Below the pieces are notes generated by a model. It saw only the letters and a list, made by a program, of their open reading frames with translations. It made no database searches and was not told where the DNA came from. Shown here piece by piece: positions 52,701 to 63,870 of a DNA stretch of 64,000 nucleotides. Source of the DNA: Dendrobates tinctorius. Taxonomy: Eukaryota. The position numbers were made by a program, and so were the translations under genes. Position 1 is the first letter of the stretch. Every line of letters begins with the position of its first letter. The stretch lies in contig NW_027362312.1 of assembly GCF_039654945.1 (NCBI RefSeq), positions 124,001-188,000 on the forward strand, written 5' to 3'.

Positions 52701-54054
52701 TGACATCGTAACGGAACCTGGTGTCACTGTTCACGTGAAACCCTACAGAATTCCGGAAGCGCGCCGTGAAGCCGTTTCCCGAGAAGTGAAGGCAATGTTA
52801 GAGTTAGGAGTCATTGAGGAATCGCACAGTGCTTGGTCCAGCCCGATTGTGCTAATTCCTAAACCGGACGGCACCATCCGGTTCTGCAATGACTTCAGGA
52901 AACTGAATGCGGTCTCAAAATTTGATGCCTATCCTATGCCCCGGGTCGACGAGTTAATAGATCGGTTAGGAAAAGCCCGGTATTTTACGACTCTAGACCT
53001 AACAAAGGGGTATTGGCAGATCCCTCTGGCGGAGGCTGCCAGAGAAAAGACGGCATTTGCTACGCCGGAAGGTCTATTTCACTATGTGTATATGCCGTTT
53101 GGTCTGCACGGAGCACCGGCGACCTTCCAGAGCCTGATGGATCGAGTCCTGAGGCCACATAGGCGGTACGCTTCGGCCTATTTGGATGACATTGTCATTT
53201 ACAGCTTGGACTGGGAGACTCATCTCCAGAAAGTACAAGCTGTGATTGATGACCTGTGGGGGGCAGGTCTAACCACGAACCCCAAGAAATGTCACATCGG
53301 GCTAGAAGAAGCCCGGTATTTGGGGTATGTAATTGGGAGGGGTGTTGTTAAACCCCAGGTTGATAAGATTCAGGCGGTTCAGGACTGGCCGCAACCTGTC
53401 AACAAGAAGCAGGTGCAAGCCTTCCTGGGGATCGCCGGCTATTATCGCCGGTTCATACCCAATTTTGCAGCCATCGCTACCCCCCTGACAGATCTTACAA
53501 AAGGGAAAGACTCCGTCATGATTAATTGGAGTTTAGCGGCTGAAGAAGCCTTCCATATCCTAAAACGGGCACTTTGCTCTCAGCCAGTACTGGTGACTCC
53601 GGACTTCCGCAGTGAGTTTGTGGTACAAACGGATGCCTCTGATACCGGTATCGGGGCCGTACTCTCACAAGTGAGGGACGGAGTGGAACACCCAGTCCTC
53701 TATCTCAGTAGGAAGCTGAATAAAAATGAGCAAAAGTATGCGGTCATAGAAAAAGAGTGCCTCGCCATTAAGTGGGCTCTAGAGGCCCTCAAATATTACC
53801 TGGTGGGCCGAAAGTTCAGGCTGATCACTGACCATGCCCCTCTCAAGTGGATGCACTTGAACAAGGAACGGAATAGCCGGGTGACCCGGTGGTTCCTTGC
53901 CCTGCAGGCCTACACTTTTACGGTGGAGCACCGCCCAGGGGTACAGATGGGGAATGCAGATGCCCTGTCCCGAGTGCACTGTTTGGCGGGTGTCATTGCT
54001 CGACCGGAGTGGTCTGAGCAGAGGGGGGGATATGTGCGAATCATGTGGGAATAG
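49762..54054 (+). CDS. Gag-Pol polyprotein: SCAN-like capsid, CCHC knuckle, protease, integrase, RT, RNase H
   Basis: KKWLQPE...LRALP (SCAN-like), CFRCQEMGHIAANC, LIDSG, HHCC plus DLVGP/TDQG/VERFN, YLDD, QTDAS...EKECLA; integrase precedes RT. Confidence 0.95.
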   Translation: MSMEDVVKALVQSTAVQQEADRVMMAQLKELVDMTATDRSLLHQVAQRLASLPEVNLEAESRVIHVSRYWQKMMTEDDVEAYLTTFERTAVREKWPKARWAGLIAPFLSGEAQKAYYDLEPEAAQDFDKLKVEILARLGVTTAVHAQRVHQWTYQPDKPPRSQMFDLTHVTKKWLQPEVLTAPEIIQRVVMDKYLRALPPALRKWVSHGNPTTADQLVDLVERYSVAEGLRDDATPPHSSSSPRGTGKTVPGSRGDGKIPKTMGEENGTARTARPRVTNYGLSKGPVRCFRCQEMGHIAANCPVTTEPMQCDVTDSKNRMSMVARVVSVNAGQRDVEKHLCDLTVDGKNVVALIDSGSVVTLVKASLVSAPTGPSDKFSVTCVHGDTCSYLTTVICITTSYGSVQHKVGLVPALLHDVILGRDFPHFWQLWENQLIPQGNSVHGSSPRARVGPQPLEEVSPEDSGEESAGNDLQFPFSVMAGDTEETGEEEEADSRPPPHLPDLEVQKDDFQSEQIKDPTLSQARTNVKVINGVPVEPGSRLAYPYMVLENDLLYQIKKKGEDTVQLLVVPKPYRRQVLNLAHGHVMGGHLGVQKTTERILHCFVWPGMHHDIRVYCESCPDCQASAPKPRFCSPLVPLPIIEVPFERIGMDLVGPLRRSARGHQHILVILDYATHYPEAIPLRNTATKTIAKELVHVFSRVGIPKQILTDQGTPFMSRVVKELCRLLQFELLRTSVYHPQTDGLVERFNKTLKQMLRKVIDKDGKNWDYLLPYLLFAIREVPQSSTGFSPFELLYARRPRGLLDVAKETWEGQVTPFKTVIDHVTQMQDRIAAVMPIVKEHMMQAQGAQKRIYDRGAKIRTFAPGDRVLILVFTVDSKFLAKWQGPFEIKERVGEVNYEVYQAGKRKPEQIYHVNLIKPWKDRSALSAELARPVCSHTVPEVRVAETLSERQKTEVRQFLLHNQKFFSEKPGQTTLMKHDIVTEPGVTVHVKPYRIPEARREAVSREVKAMLELGVIEESHSAWSSPIVLIPKPDGTIRFCNDFRKLNAVSKFDAYPMPRVDELIDRLGKARYFTTLDLTKGYWQIPLAEAAREKTAFATPEGLFHYVYMPFGLHGAPATFQSLMDRVLRPHRRYASAYLDDIVIYSLDWETHLQKVQAVIDDLWGAGLTTNPKKCHIGLEEARYLGYVIGRGVVKPQVDKIQAVQDWPQPVNKKQVQAFLGIAGYYRRFIPNFAAIATPLTDLTKGKDSVMINWSLAAEEAFHILKRALCSQPVLVTPDFRSEFVVQTDASDTGIGAVLSQVRDGVEHPVLYLSRKLNKNEQKYAVIEKECLAIKWALEALKYYLVGRKFRLITDHAPLKWMHLNKERNSRVTRWFLALQAYTFTVEHRPGVQMGNADALSRVHCLAGVIARPEWSEQRGGYVRIMWE

Positions 54055-54491
54055 TGGATGAGGGCAGGTATATCTCGCCCAGATTCCTTTCCTTTGTGGC
54101 CTAGTCTGGTCAGTATCACACCTGCTTACTAATGAATAATGGGAGGTGGATATAAAAGGATGCCAGGTGGTTGTGTGAGTGTCTCAGCCTGGGAACACAG
54201 AGAGCCTGTCTGTGTGAGAGACACACGTGAGTGGAAGCAGTGCCCACTGCAACTGTGGTTTGGCTGGACGGGAGAAGCCCGCCAGTTGGTAGTTAGGTTG
54301 TCCATTGTTTAGTTAGTGCCGGACAGGCAAGGATTTGTTTTATGTTTTATTTCCTTTATGCATTGCTTTCACCGTTAATGAACCTGACCCAGGGTCAGTT
54401 ACACCCGAATCCCAGCTCTGCGCCTGAGTTTCATGCTGAACGCACGTGACCTTTGACCCCAGCAAAGGCGATCCCGGAGTGTTTTATCACA
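54033..54491 (+). repeat. 3' LTR
   Basis: About 15 differences from the 5' LTR by manual count; AATAAA changed to AATGAA. Confidence 0.95.
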
Positions 54492-57400
54492 ACGGTGTGA
54501 TTATTACTATATCAGACGGTGTGATTATTACTGTATCATATGGTGTGATTATTACTGTGTCATACGGCGTGATTATCACTATTACTGTGTCATATGGTGT
54601 GATTATCATTATTACTATATCATACGGTGTGATTATTACTATATCATACGGTGTGATTATTACTGTATCATACGGTGTGATTATTACTGTATCATACGAT
54701 GTGATTATCACTATTACTATTTCATACGGTGTGATTATTACTGTATCATACGATGTGATTATCACTATTACTATGTCATATGGTGTGATTATTACTATAT
54801 CAGACGGTGTGATTATTACTATATCATCCGGTGTGATTATTACTATATCATCCGGTGTGATTATTACTGTATCATACGGTGTGATTATTACTGTATCATA
54901 CGGTGTGATTATTACTGTGTCATACGGTGTGATTATTACTATATCATACGGTGTGATTATTACTATATCATACGGTGTGATTATTACTATATCATACGGT
55001 GTGATTATTACTGTATCATACGGTGTGATTATTACTATATCATCCGGTGTGATTATTACTATATCATCCGGTGTGATTATTACTATATCATACGGTGTGA
55101 TTATTACTATATCATCCGGTGTGATTATTACTGTATCATACGGTGTGATTATTACTGTATCATACGGTGTGATTATTACTATATCATACGGTGTGATTAT
55201 TACTATATCATCCGGTGTGATTATTACTATATCATCCGGTGTGATTATTACTGTATCATACGGTGTGATTATTACTGTATCATACGGTGTGATTATTACT
55301 ATATCATACGGTGTGATTATTACTGTGTCATACGGTGTGATTATCACTATTACTATATCATACGGTGTGGTTATTACTGTATCATACGGTGTGATTATCA
55401 CTATTACTATGTCATATGGTGTGATTATTACTGTATCATACGGTGTGATTATCACTATTACTATGTCATACGGTGTGATTATTACTGTATCATACGGTGT
55501 GATTATTACTGTATCATACGGTGTGATTATTACTATTACTATATCATACGGTGTGATTATTACTGTATCATACGGTGTGATTATCACTATTACTATATCA
55601 TACGGTGTGATTATTACTGTATCATACGGTGTGATTATTACTATATCATACGGTGTGATTATTACTGTATCATACGGTGTGATTATCACTATTACTATAT
55701 CATACGGTGTGATTATCACTATTACTATATCATACGGTGTGGTTATTACTGTATCATACAGTGTGATTATCACTATTACTATGTCATATGGTGTGATTAT
55801 TACTGTATCATATGGTGTGATTATTACTGTATCATACGGTGTGATTATTACTGTATCATACGGTGTGATTATCACTATTACTATGTCATATGGTGTGATT
55901 ATTACTGTATCATACGGTGTGATTATTACTGTATCATACGGTGTGATTATTACTGTATCATCCGGTGTGATTATTACTGTGTCATACGGTGTGATTATTA
56001 CTATATCATACGGTGTGGTTATTACTGTATCATACGGTGTGATTATTACTGTATCATCCGGTGTGATTATTACTGTATCATACGGTGTGATTATTACTGT
56101 ATCATACGGTGTGATTATTACTGTATCATACGGTGTGATTATTACTGTGTCATATGGTGTGATTATTACTGTATCATCCGGTGTGATTATTACTGTATCA
56201 TCCGGTGTGGTTATTACTGTATCATACGGTGTGATTATTACTATATCATACGGTGTGATTATTACTGTATCATACGGTGTGATTATTACTATATCATACG
56301 GTGTGATTATTACTGTGTCATACGGTGTGATTATCACTATTACTATATCATACGGTGTGGTTATTACTGTATCATACGGTGTGATTATCACTATTACTAT
56401 GTCATATGGTGTGATTATTACTGTATCATACGGTGTGATTATTACTATATCATACGGTGTGATTATTACTGTATCATACGGTGTGATTATTACTGTATCA
56501 TACGGTGTGATTATTACTATATCATACGGTGTGGTTATTACTGTATCATCCGGTGTGATTATTACTATATCATCCGGTGTGATTATTACTGTATCATACG
56601 GTGTGATTATTACTGTATCATACGGTGTGATTATTACTATATCATACGGTGTGGTTATTACTGTATCATACGGTGTGATTATCACTATTACTATGTCATA
56701 TGGTGTGATTATTACTGTATCATACGGTGTGATTATTACTGTATCATACGGTGTGATTATTACTGTATCATACGGTGTGATTATTACTATATCATACGGT
56801 GTGGTTATTACTGTATCATCCGGTGTGATTATTACTATATCATCCGGTGTGATTATTACTATATCATCCGGTGTGATTATTACTGTATCATACGGTGTGA
56901 TTATTACTATATCATACGGTGTGGTTATTACTGTATCATACGGTGTGATTATTACTATTACTATATCATACGGTGTGATTATCACTATTACTATATCATA
57001 CGGTGTGATTATTACTATTACTATGTCATATGGTGTGATTATTACTGTATCATACGGTGTGATTATTACTATATCTTCCAGTGTGATTATTACTATATCT
57101 TCCGGTGTGATTATCACTATATCTTCCAGTGTGATTATTACTATATCTTCCAGTGTGATTATTACTATATCTTCCGGTGTGATTATCACTATATCTTCCG
57201 GTGTGATTATTACTATATCTTCCAGTGTGATTATTACTGTATCATACGGTGTGATTATTACTATATCTTCCGGTGTGATTATCACTATATCTTCCGGTGT
57301 GAATATTACTATATCTTCCGGTGTGATTATCACTATATCTTCCGGTGTGATTATCACTATATCTTCCAGTGTGATTATTACTATATCTTCCGGTGTGATT

Positions 57401-57959
57401 ATCACTATATCTTCCGGTGTGATTATTACTATATCTTCCAGTGTGATTATTACTATATCTTCCGGTGTGATTATCACTATATCTTCCGGTGTGATTATTA
57501 CTATATCTTCCAGTGTGATTATTACTATATCTTCCGGTGTGATTATCACTATATCTTCCGGTGTGATTATTACTATATCTTCCAGTGTGATTATTACTAT
57601 ATCTTCCGGTGTGATTATCACTATATCTTCCGGTGTGAATATTACTATATCTTCCGGTGTGATTATCACCATATCTTCCGGTGTGATTATCTCATACACA
57701 TGTGAATGTTACTGTATCATTACTTTATTCTTCCCGTCCTGGGGTGACTGCACTTGCTCTCTCGTTCTGTTCTTCTATTGTTACGTGTGATTATTGTCTT
57801 TGATCGTTATTTCACATGTTGGTGATAACCTGCTGATAGTTTTCTAGCTTTGCTCCTCTGTGTTGTGTTGGACCCTCGCAGTCCGAGGTCTAGTGTAACT
57901 TTTTGGCCCTGAGGAGATGGGACAGGAGGAGATCAGCGCGTATCGAGGTCGCCTCTCAC

Positions 57960-58057
57960 CTGAGTTATCGATGCAGATGCCATAAAGACGTAAGATGTTT
58001 GGGCATTCGTATTTCTTCATGGTCTTACATTCCGACTGGAAGGTTTGTCTCACGTAG
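57960..58057 (-). CDS. MLKL: MLKL coding exon 4
   Basis: [32 protein letters not shown] vs human [31 protein letters not shown]. Confidence 0.95.
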
Positions 58058-58136
58058 CTGGAAACAGAAGACGCACATGTCTGTGAACGATCACTGATGA
58101 CCTGAGGATCTGCGGCGTCTCTGCCCGGGAACTTAC

Positions 58137-58320
58137 TCATTGTTCCTGTTCAGTTCTCCCTTTAAGACTTTGATGGTCACTTGGCTCTTGTGATATTCCC
58201 CTAGGTACAGACTGTGGCTGTCGGTGGACTCCTTGCTCAGGATTTCTAGCAGATCCCTGCACCTCAGATCTGTAGCCCGAATCTCCTTTATATCCCACGG
58301 TCGCTCAATCTCGGCTTGCA
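58137..58320 (-). CDS. MLKL: MLKL coding exon 3 (start of the pseudokinase, VTIK)
   Basis: [10 protein letters not shown]...[18 protein letters not shown]; ccacag acceptor, GTAAGT donor. Confidence 0.92.
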
Positions 58321-59018
58321 CTGTGGAAGACGTCATAGTTACTTGTGTGATTGCAGAGAAAGAGCGTATATGTATCATGAGAAGAGAAGGGAGGAAAGAA
58401 AGGAAAATGGAGAAGGAAAGGAAGAGGGAGGAAAACAAAAAAGAAAAAAACACATAGAAAATGTTTGTTTGTTTTTATTAGATTCCAAGCCATATAGATT
58501 CCACCTACAACTAGCCTCCCAACAATTTAGAGAGGTGTGCATGTGTTTTTAATCGATGATAATTGATTGAAGGGTGGAACCTTTTTTTTTTCCCCTATAT
58601 AAATGTGTCTTTTAAAGATATATATGATTTTACCTGATGAAGGCTAATATTATGTATAGTGTTTTTATGTCTAATAATAAACTGGATATTCCTTTAAATA
58701 TTCGGAGTAATTGATGAATCAGCCGGAAGCGCTCCTTGACAAACTGGAAATCCTTTTTTGCTTACTTGTGTGATTAAAATCAATCTGACATCTCGCAGGG
58801 CTGCCCCATGTGGGCATTAAGCAATGACGGAGCCCCCTGAGGTTCCCTGCGGCCCTATGTGATCACTTGGTGCTCCAGCCTGAGACCTGGCAGCAGTTGG
58901 GGGGCGCAGGCTGGATGGCCACAGGCTTGGGGGGACAGAGGCTGGATGGCCACCGACCGGAGGACAAACGACGAGGAGATGAATGATTCCTACATATTGT
59001 AACTGCGGCTATACTTAC

Positions 59019-59078
59019 ACATCTGCTGGAGCTGCTGGATTCCCGCATCCACCCTGTCACTGACAGATGTCATCTCAC
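59019..59078 (-). CDS. MLKL: MLKL coding exon 2 (brace region)
   Basis: 60 nt, phase 1/1, EMTSVSDRVDAGIQQLQQM; strong AG and GTAAGT sites. Confidence 0.75.
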
Positions 59079-59357
59079 CTGCATAAAACAAATGGTCATC
59101 ACTCAGATATGAAGACATGGCCGCCCGTCTGTCCCGTGCCAGGCTGAGGTCCATGTGCCATGCAGACACCCTGTCTTCACATACAGTACACACCAAGGCT
59201 GTCGGCAGTCCTCTGCGAGGATCCTCGGGACCCCAGAGATACATATTACCTGCACTCTACATTGTATCCAACTGTCAGGACAGCAGAGGATAGTCCAGCC
59301 TGGAAACCAATAAAGCAAACCCTCAGCTGTGAGCAGTACTAGGTCTGGAGAACCTAC

Positions 59358-59808
59358 TCTGTATTAGAGAGATGAGAGTTTTCATGTCTTCTTCATTGTC
59401 TTTCAGATTCTGCTTCCTTTGACTGTCATCATTAAAGTATGTAAGAAATTGTTGTCTGAGATCAGCTTGGACGAGAAGCTGGAGCGCCTCGGCCGAGTTA
59501 TTCAGCTGCTCACTGATGTGCATGAACTTGTCCTGTATGCCTCTGGCCCGCAGGATTTTATACCACCAGCGGCTCGGCGAGTACTTCACCACCCAACATT
59601 GGGCATTTTGCAGGTTCAGCAACAGGTTGGACAGAGTCTTCTCCAATTCTTTGGATTTTTCAGGATCATTATTTAGTTTCTCAACTGGAACCAAGAGTAG
59701 CTCAATTCTGCTCTTCAGGCGACTGCAGTGCTTCTTGTTGGTCTCCGCCTGTTCACACTGATCATAAATTGCTTTTGCAACTGTAAAAATGCTTTTCACC
59801 ACCTCCAT
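59358..59808 (-). CDS. MLKL: MLKL first coding exon (four-helix bundle)
   Basis: MEVVKSIFTVAKAIYDQCEQAETNKKHCSRLKSRI... resembles the MLKL N-terminus; acceptor at 59822. Confidence 0.93.
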
Positions 59809-59948
59809 AATTCTTCAGGCGGCTGCAGACAGAGGACGTGGAAATCAGCTGTGAAATGAAAGCAGAGAATGTTATTACCTCTGACATACAGTAGAGGTGG
59901 GACGGGGTCAGAGGGCGCGCTATAGCTTCAATGTCTGGGGTGGAAAAT

Positions 59949-61557
59949 ATATTCATGGAGATCCTGCACTACTGAGCGGATGGAGACATCAGTCCGAGAT
60001 TGAATATATTGAATATATTGTGGTTTTTATTCTACACGTTTCAAAGTTACAAGAACATCTTCATGAAAAAAGAAGAACAACATGTACATAAGAGATACAA
60101 AGATGGATTCTTATTTATGGGTGCCAAATGCAGCACCTGACAATCCAGGTCATGTTCTAGATCAATGTGATCGCACCCGATACATTGTATCATGTATGCA
60201 CGATAAGATCCAAACTCGAGAGTCACATTATATACCGTATACAAGTCTAAAACTATTCCAAATATTATCAATACCTGCATAACATAAAGGAAATAAAACA
60301 CACAGATGTCTTGGTGTAGAGCCAACGGTTCTATGGTAATGAGGCCGTGGATGTCTTGGTGTAAAGCCCATGGTTCACTGGTAATGAGGCCGTGGATGTT
60401 TTGGTGTAAAGCCCATGGTTCACTGGTAATGAGGCCGTGAATGTCTTGGTGTAAAGCCCATGGTTCTCTGGTAATGAGGCAGTGGATGTCTTGGTGTAGA
60501 GCCCACGGTTCTCTGGTAATGAGGCCGTGGATGTCTTGGTGTAAAGCCCATGGTTCTCTGGTAATGAGGCCGTGGATGTCTTGGTGTAAAGCCCATGGTT
60601 CTCTGGTAATGAGGCCGTGGATGTCTTGGTGTAGAGCCCACGGTTCTCTGGTAATGAGGCCGTGGATGTCTTGGTGTAGAGCCCATGGTTCTCTGGTAAT
60701 GAGGCCGTGGATGTCTTGGTGTAGAGCCCACGGTTCTCTGGTAATGAGGCCGTGGATGTCTTGGTGTAGAGCCCACTGTTCTCTGGTAATGAGGCCGTGG
60801 ATGTCTTGGTGTAGAGCCCACTGTTCTCTGGTAATGAGGCCGTGGATGTCTTGGTGTAGAGCCCACGGTTCTCTGGTAATGAGGCCGTGGATGTCTTGGT
60901 GTAGAGCCCACTGTTCTCTGGTAATGAGGCCGTGGATGTCTTGGTGTAGAGCCCACGGTTCTCTGGTAATGAGGCCGTGGATGTCTTGGTGTAGAGCCCA
61001 CGGTTCTCTGGTAATGAGGCCGTGGATGTCTTGGTGTAGAGCCCACTGTTCTCTGGTAATGAGGCCGTGGATGTCTTGGTGTAGAGCCCACGGTTCTCTG
61101 GTAATGAGGCCGTGGATGTCTTGGTGTAGAGCCCACGGTTCTCTGGTAATGAGGCCGTGGATGTCTTGGTGTAGAGCCCACGGTTCTCTGGTAATGAGGC
61201 CGTGGATGTCTTGGTGTAGAGCCCACTGTTCTCTGGTAATGAGGCCGTGGATGTCTTGGTGTAGAGCCCACGGTTCTCTGGTAATGAGGCCGTGGATGTC
61301 TTGGTGTAGAGCCCACGGTTCTCTGGTAATGAGGCCGTGGATGTCTTGGTGTAGAGCCCACGGTTCTCTGGTAATGAGGCCGTGGATGTCTTGGTGTAGA
61401 GCCTATGGTTCTATGGTAATGAGGCCCTGGATGTCATTTTCCTGAAAATGTTCTTGTAACTTCGAAACATGTAGAATAAAAAACACAATATATTTATTAT
61501 ATTTTATCTTGTACTGACGTCTCCTTCCTTTGAGCAGCGCAGGATCTCCATGAATAT
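59949..61557. mobile_element. Inverted-repeat element (~120-bp arms) enclosing a 45-bp array; possibly Penelope-like pLTR remnants
   Basis: 59949-60070 is a diverged reverse complement of 61436-61557. Confidence 0.7.
60304..61434. repeat. 45-bp minisatellite, about 25 copies
   Basis: Unit gtcttggtgtagagcccacggttctctggtaatgaggccgtggat. Confidence 0.96.
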
Positions 61558-62425
61558 TTCTTTTTCAGACTTCCTACATTGTAACCTGTGGATCTGCAGA
61601 CTACCTACAAGCATAAAAGCGTTTCCCCCAGGTGAGCACAATCGGACACATTTACCTCGACTCTTATGTGGATAAAACCCTATTGTGTCTATTCTCTCTC
61701 CCCATTATATGCTCTAGTTGTCAGTGTCAGTGGCTCTCCAGCTGGTGTGACACTACACCTCCCAGCTTGCACTGATTGTCTGTAGCTCTCATACTGCCTT
61801 GTGGTATTGCTCCTGGAGGGCTGGGGTATACACCTGGTTCTCTTCTGTACGGTCTGGGGAGGGTGTGTGGTCATCAGTTCTGCTCCCCCTGAGCCGTTGC
61901 TCTTCCTTTGGGAGGGGAGCCAACCATCGATTGGCTCTTAATTTTCTAATTTTTGCTTAGGTGGGAGCCCAGACAGATGCTGGGAGCGAGATTGGGTCTC
62001 CCTTGGCTTCGGCTAGGGGAGGCTACTTGTCTCTGACCTTCGCTGTGGCCTCCTGGTTCGGAGGGACACAGATCAGTCTTTGGGGACCTTTCTTCTGTTG
62101 GAGAAGATTACAACTGACCACATCCCAGTGCACTTTTTTATGGCACCTTAGGAGAGAGCAGGAACTCAGGATTTCAATCAAAAATAGAAGCCTTAGGTAG
62201 GTAGCCGTTTGGGAGACCGATTAGTAGAGAATTACAATAGTCCAGACAAGAATTAATTCCACAGCTTTACAAACATAATCATCGCTGTCCACATTGGGAC
62301 TCAATCTTGATTCCCTAACAGTATGTCTTTGGATCCAGTAAGGGAAAGTTTAGCAGCTCACAAGGGCCAAGATATGCGACCACAGGACTTGTATGTAAGG
62401 GATGGAACAAGACGCAAAGATTCTC

Positions 62426-63870
62426 GAGAGTACCAGACAAGATATAAGCAGAGCATCACTGCTGAGAGAGAAAGCCTGAGACTCTAACCAGAGTCCCAAC
62501 GAGACTGTCCGGAAGAATTGCTGAGAGTACCAGACAAGATACAGCGGGGCATTGCTGCCGAGAGGCCGAGACTGTAACCGGAGTCAAACAGAGACTGTCC
62601 GGAGGGACTGCTGAGAGTACCAGACAAGATACAGCAGAGCATTACTGCCGAGAGGCCTAGACTGTAACCGGAGTCACACAGAGACTGTCTGGAGAAACTG
62701 CTGAGAGTACCAGACAAGGTACAACAGAGCATTACTGCCGAGAGGTCGAGACTGTAACCGGAGTCACACAGAGACTGTCTGGAGAAACTGCTGAGAGAAC
62801 CAGACAGTATGCAGCAGAGCTCTACTGCCGAGACTGTAACCAGAGTCACACAGAGACTATCTGGAGAATCTGCTGAGAGTACCAGACGGTATACAGCAGA
62901 GAAGTGCTGCCGAGAGGCCGAGACTGTAACCAGAGTCGCACAGAGACTGTCCGGAGAATCTGCTGAGAGTACCAGACAAGATACAGCAGAGCATTACTGC
63001 TGAGAGGCTGAGACTGTAACCGGAGTCACACAGAGACTGTCTGGAGAATCTGCTGAGAGTACCAGACAGTACAGCAGAGCATTACTGCCGAGAGGCCGGG
63101 ACTGTAACCGGAGTCACACAGAGACTGTCCGGAGAATCTGCTGAGAGTACCAGACAATATACAGCAGAGCATTACTGCCAAGACTGTAACCGGAGTCACA
63201 CAGAGACTGTCCGGAGAAACTGCTGAGAGTACCAGACAGTATACAGCAGAGCATTACTGCCGAGAGGCTGAGACTGTAACCGGAGTCACACAGAGACTGT
63301 CCGGAGAATCTGCTGAGAGTACCAGACAAGATACAGCAGAGCATTACTGCCGAGAGGCCGAGACTGTAACCGGAGTCACACAGAGACTGTCCAGAGAATC
63401 TGCTGAGAGTACCAGACAATATACAGCAGAGCATTACTGCCGAGAGGCTGACACTGTAACCGGAGTCACACAGAGACTGTCCGGAGAATCTGCTGAGAGT
63501 ACCAGACAGTATACAGCAGAGCATTACTGCTGAGACTGTAACCCGAGTCACACAGAGACTGTCCGGAGAATCTGCTGAGAGTACCAGACAGTATACAGCA
63601 GAGCATTACTGCCGAGACTGTAACCCGAGTCACACAGAGAATGTTTGGAGAATCTGCTGAGAGTACCAGACAAGATACAGCAGAGCATTACTGCCGAGAG
63701 GCCAAGACTGTTACCGGAGTCATACAGAGACTGTCCGGAGAAACTGCTGAGAGTACCAGACAGTATAAAGCAGAGCATTACTGCCGAGACTGTAACCCGA
63801 GTCACACAGAGACTGTCCGGAGAATCTGCTGAGAGTACCAGACAGTATACAGCAGAGTATTATTACTGAG
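62426..63870. repeat. 90-bp minisatellite with shorter variants
   Basis: ctgagagtac-type motif recurs at 62521, 62611, 62701 and 62791. Confidence 0.94.

Larger units (their letters stand above)
49271..54491 (+). mobile_element. Full-length Gmr1-type Ty3/Gypsy LTR retrotransposon, antisense in an MLKL intron
   Basis: TG...CA LTRs, 4-bp TSD ACGG, tRNA-Ala-like PBS, polypurine tract 54021-54030, single gag-pol ORF. Confidence 0.96.
45098..57690. repeat. 24-bp AT-rich minisatellite (ggtgtgattattactgtatcatac) interrupted by a MITE and an LTR element
   Basis: Blocks at 45098-48518, 49125-49270 and 54492-57690; 30-bp variants; a 648-bp super-repeat near 45500/46150. Confidence 0.96.

Noticed and set aside
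45109-57790. Long IITPYDTV/GVIITVSY ORFs resembling repetitive surface proteins
   Set aside because: A 24-bp intronic satellite open on both strands and interrupted by transposons
58630-58690. CTGATGA hammerhead-like core
   Set aside because: No stem II or GAAA follows
58766-58800. Possible extra MLKL micro-exon (cag...gtaag)
   Set aside because: 35 nt would break the frame, the pyrimidine tract is poor, and the flanking exons already join in phase
60304-61434. CRISPR-like regular spacing here and in other arrays
   Set aside because: No unique spacers, no cas genes, eukaryotic context
61640-61700. Candidate MLKL non-coding exon 1 donor (gag|gtaaat near 61655)
   Set aside because: No promoter evidence; it cannot be supported without transcripts
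62170-62425. Possible L2/LINE fragment
   Set aside because: Too decayed to assign without a repeat-library search
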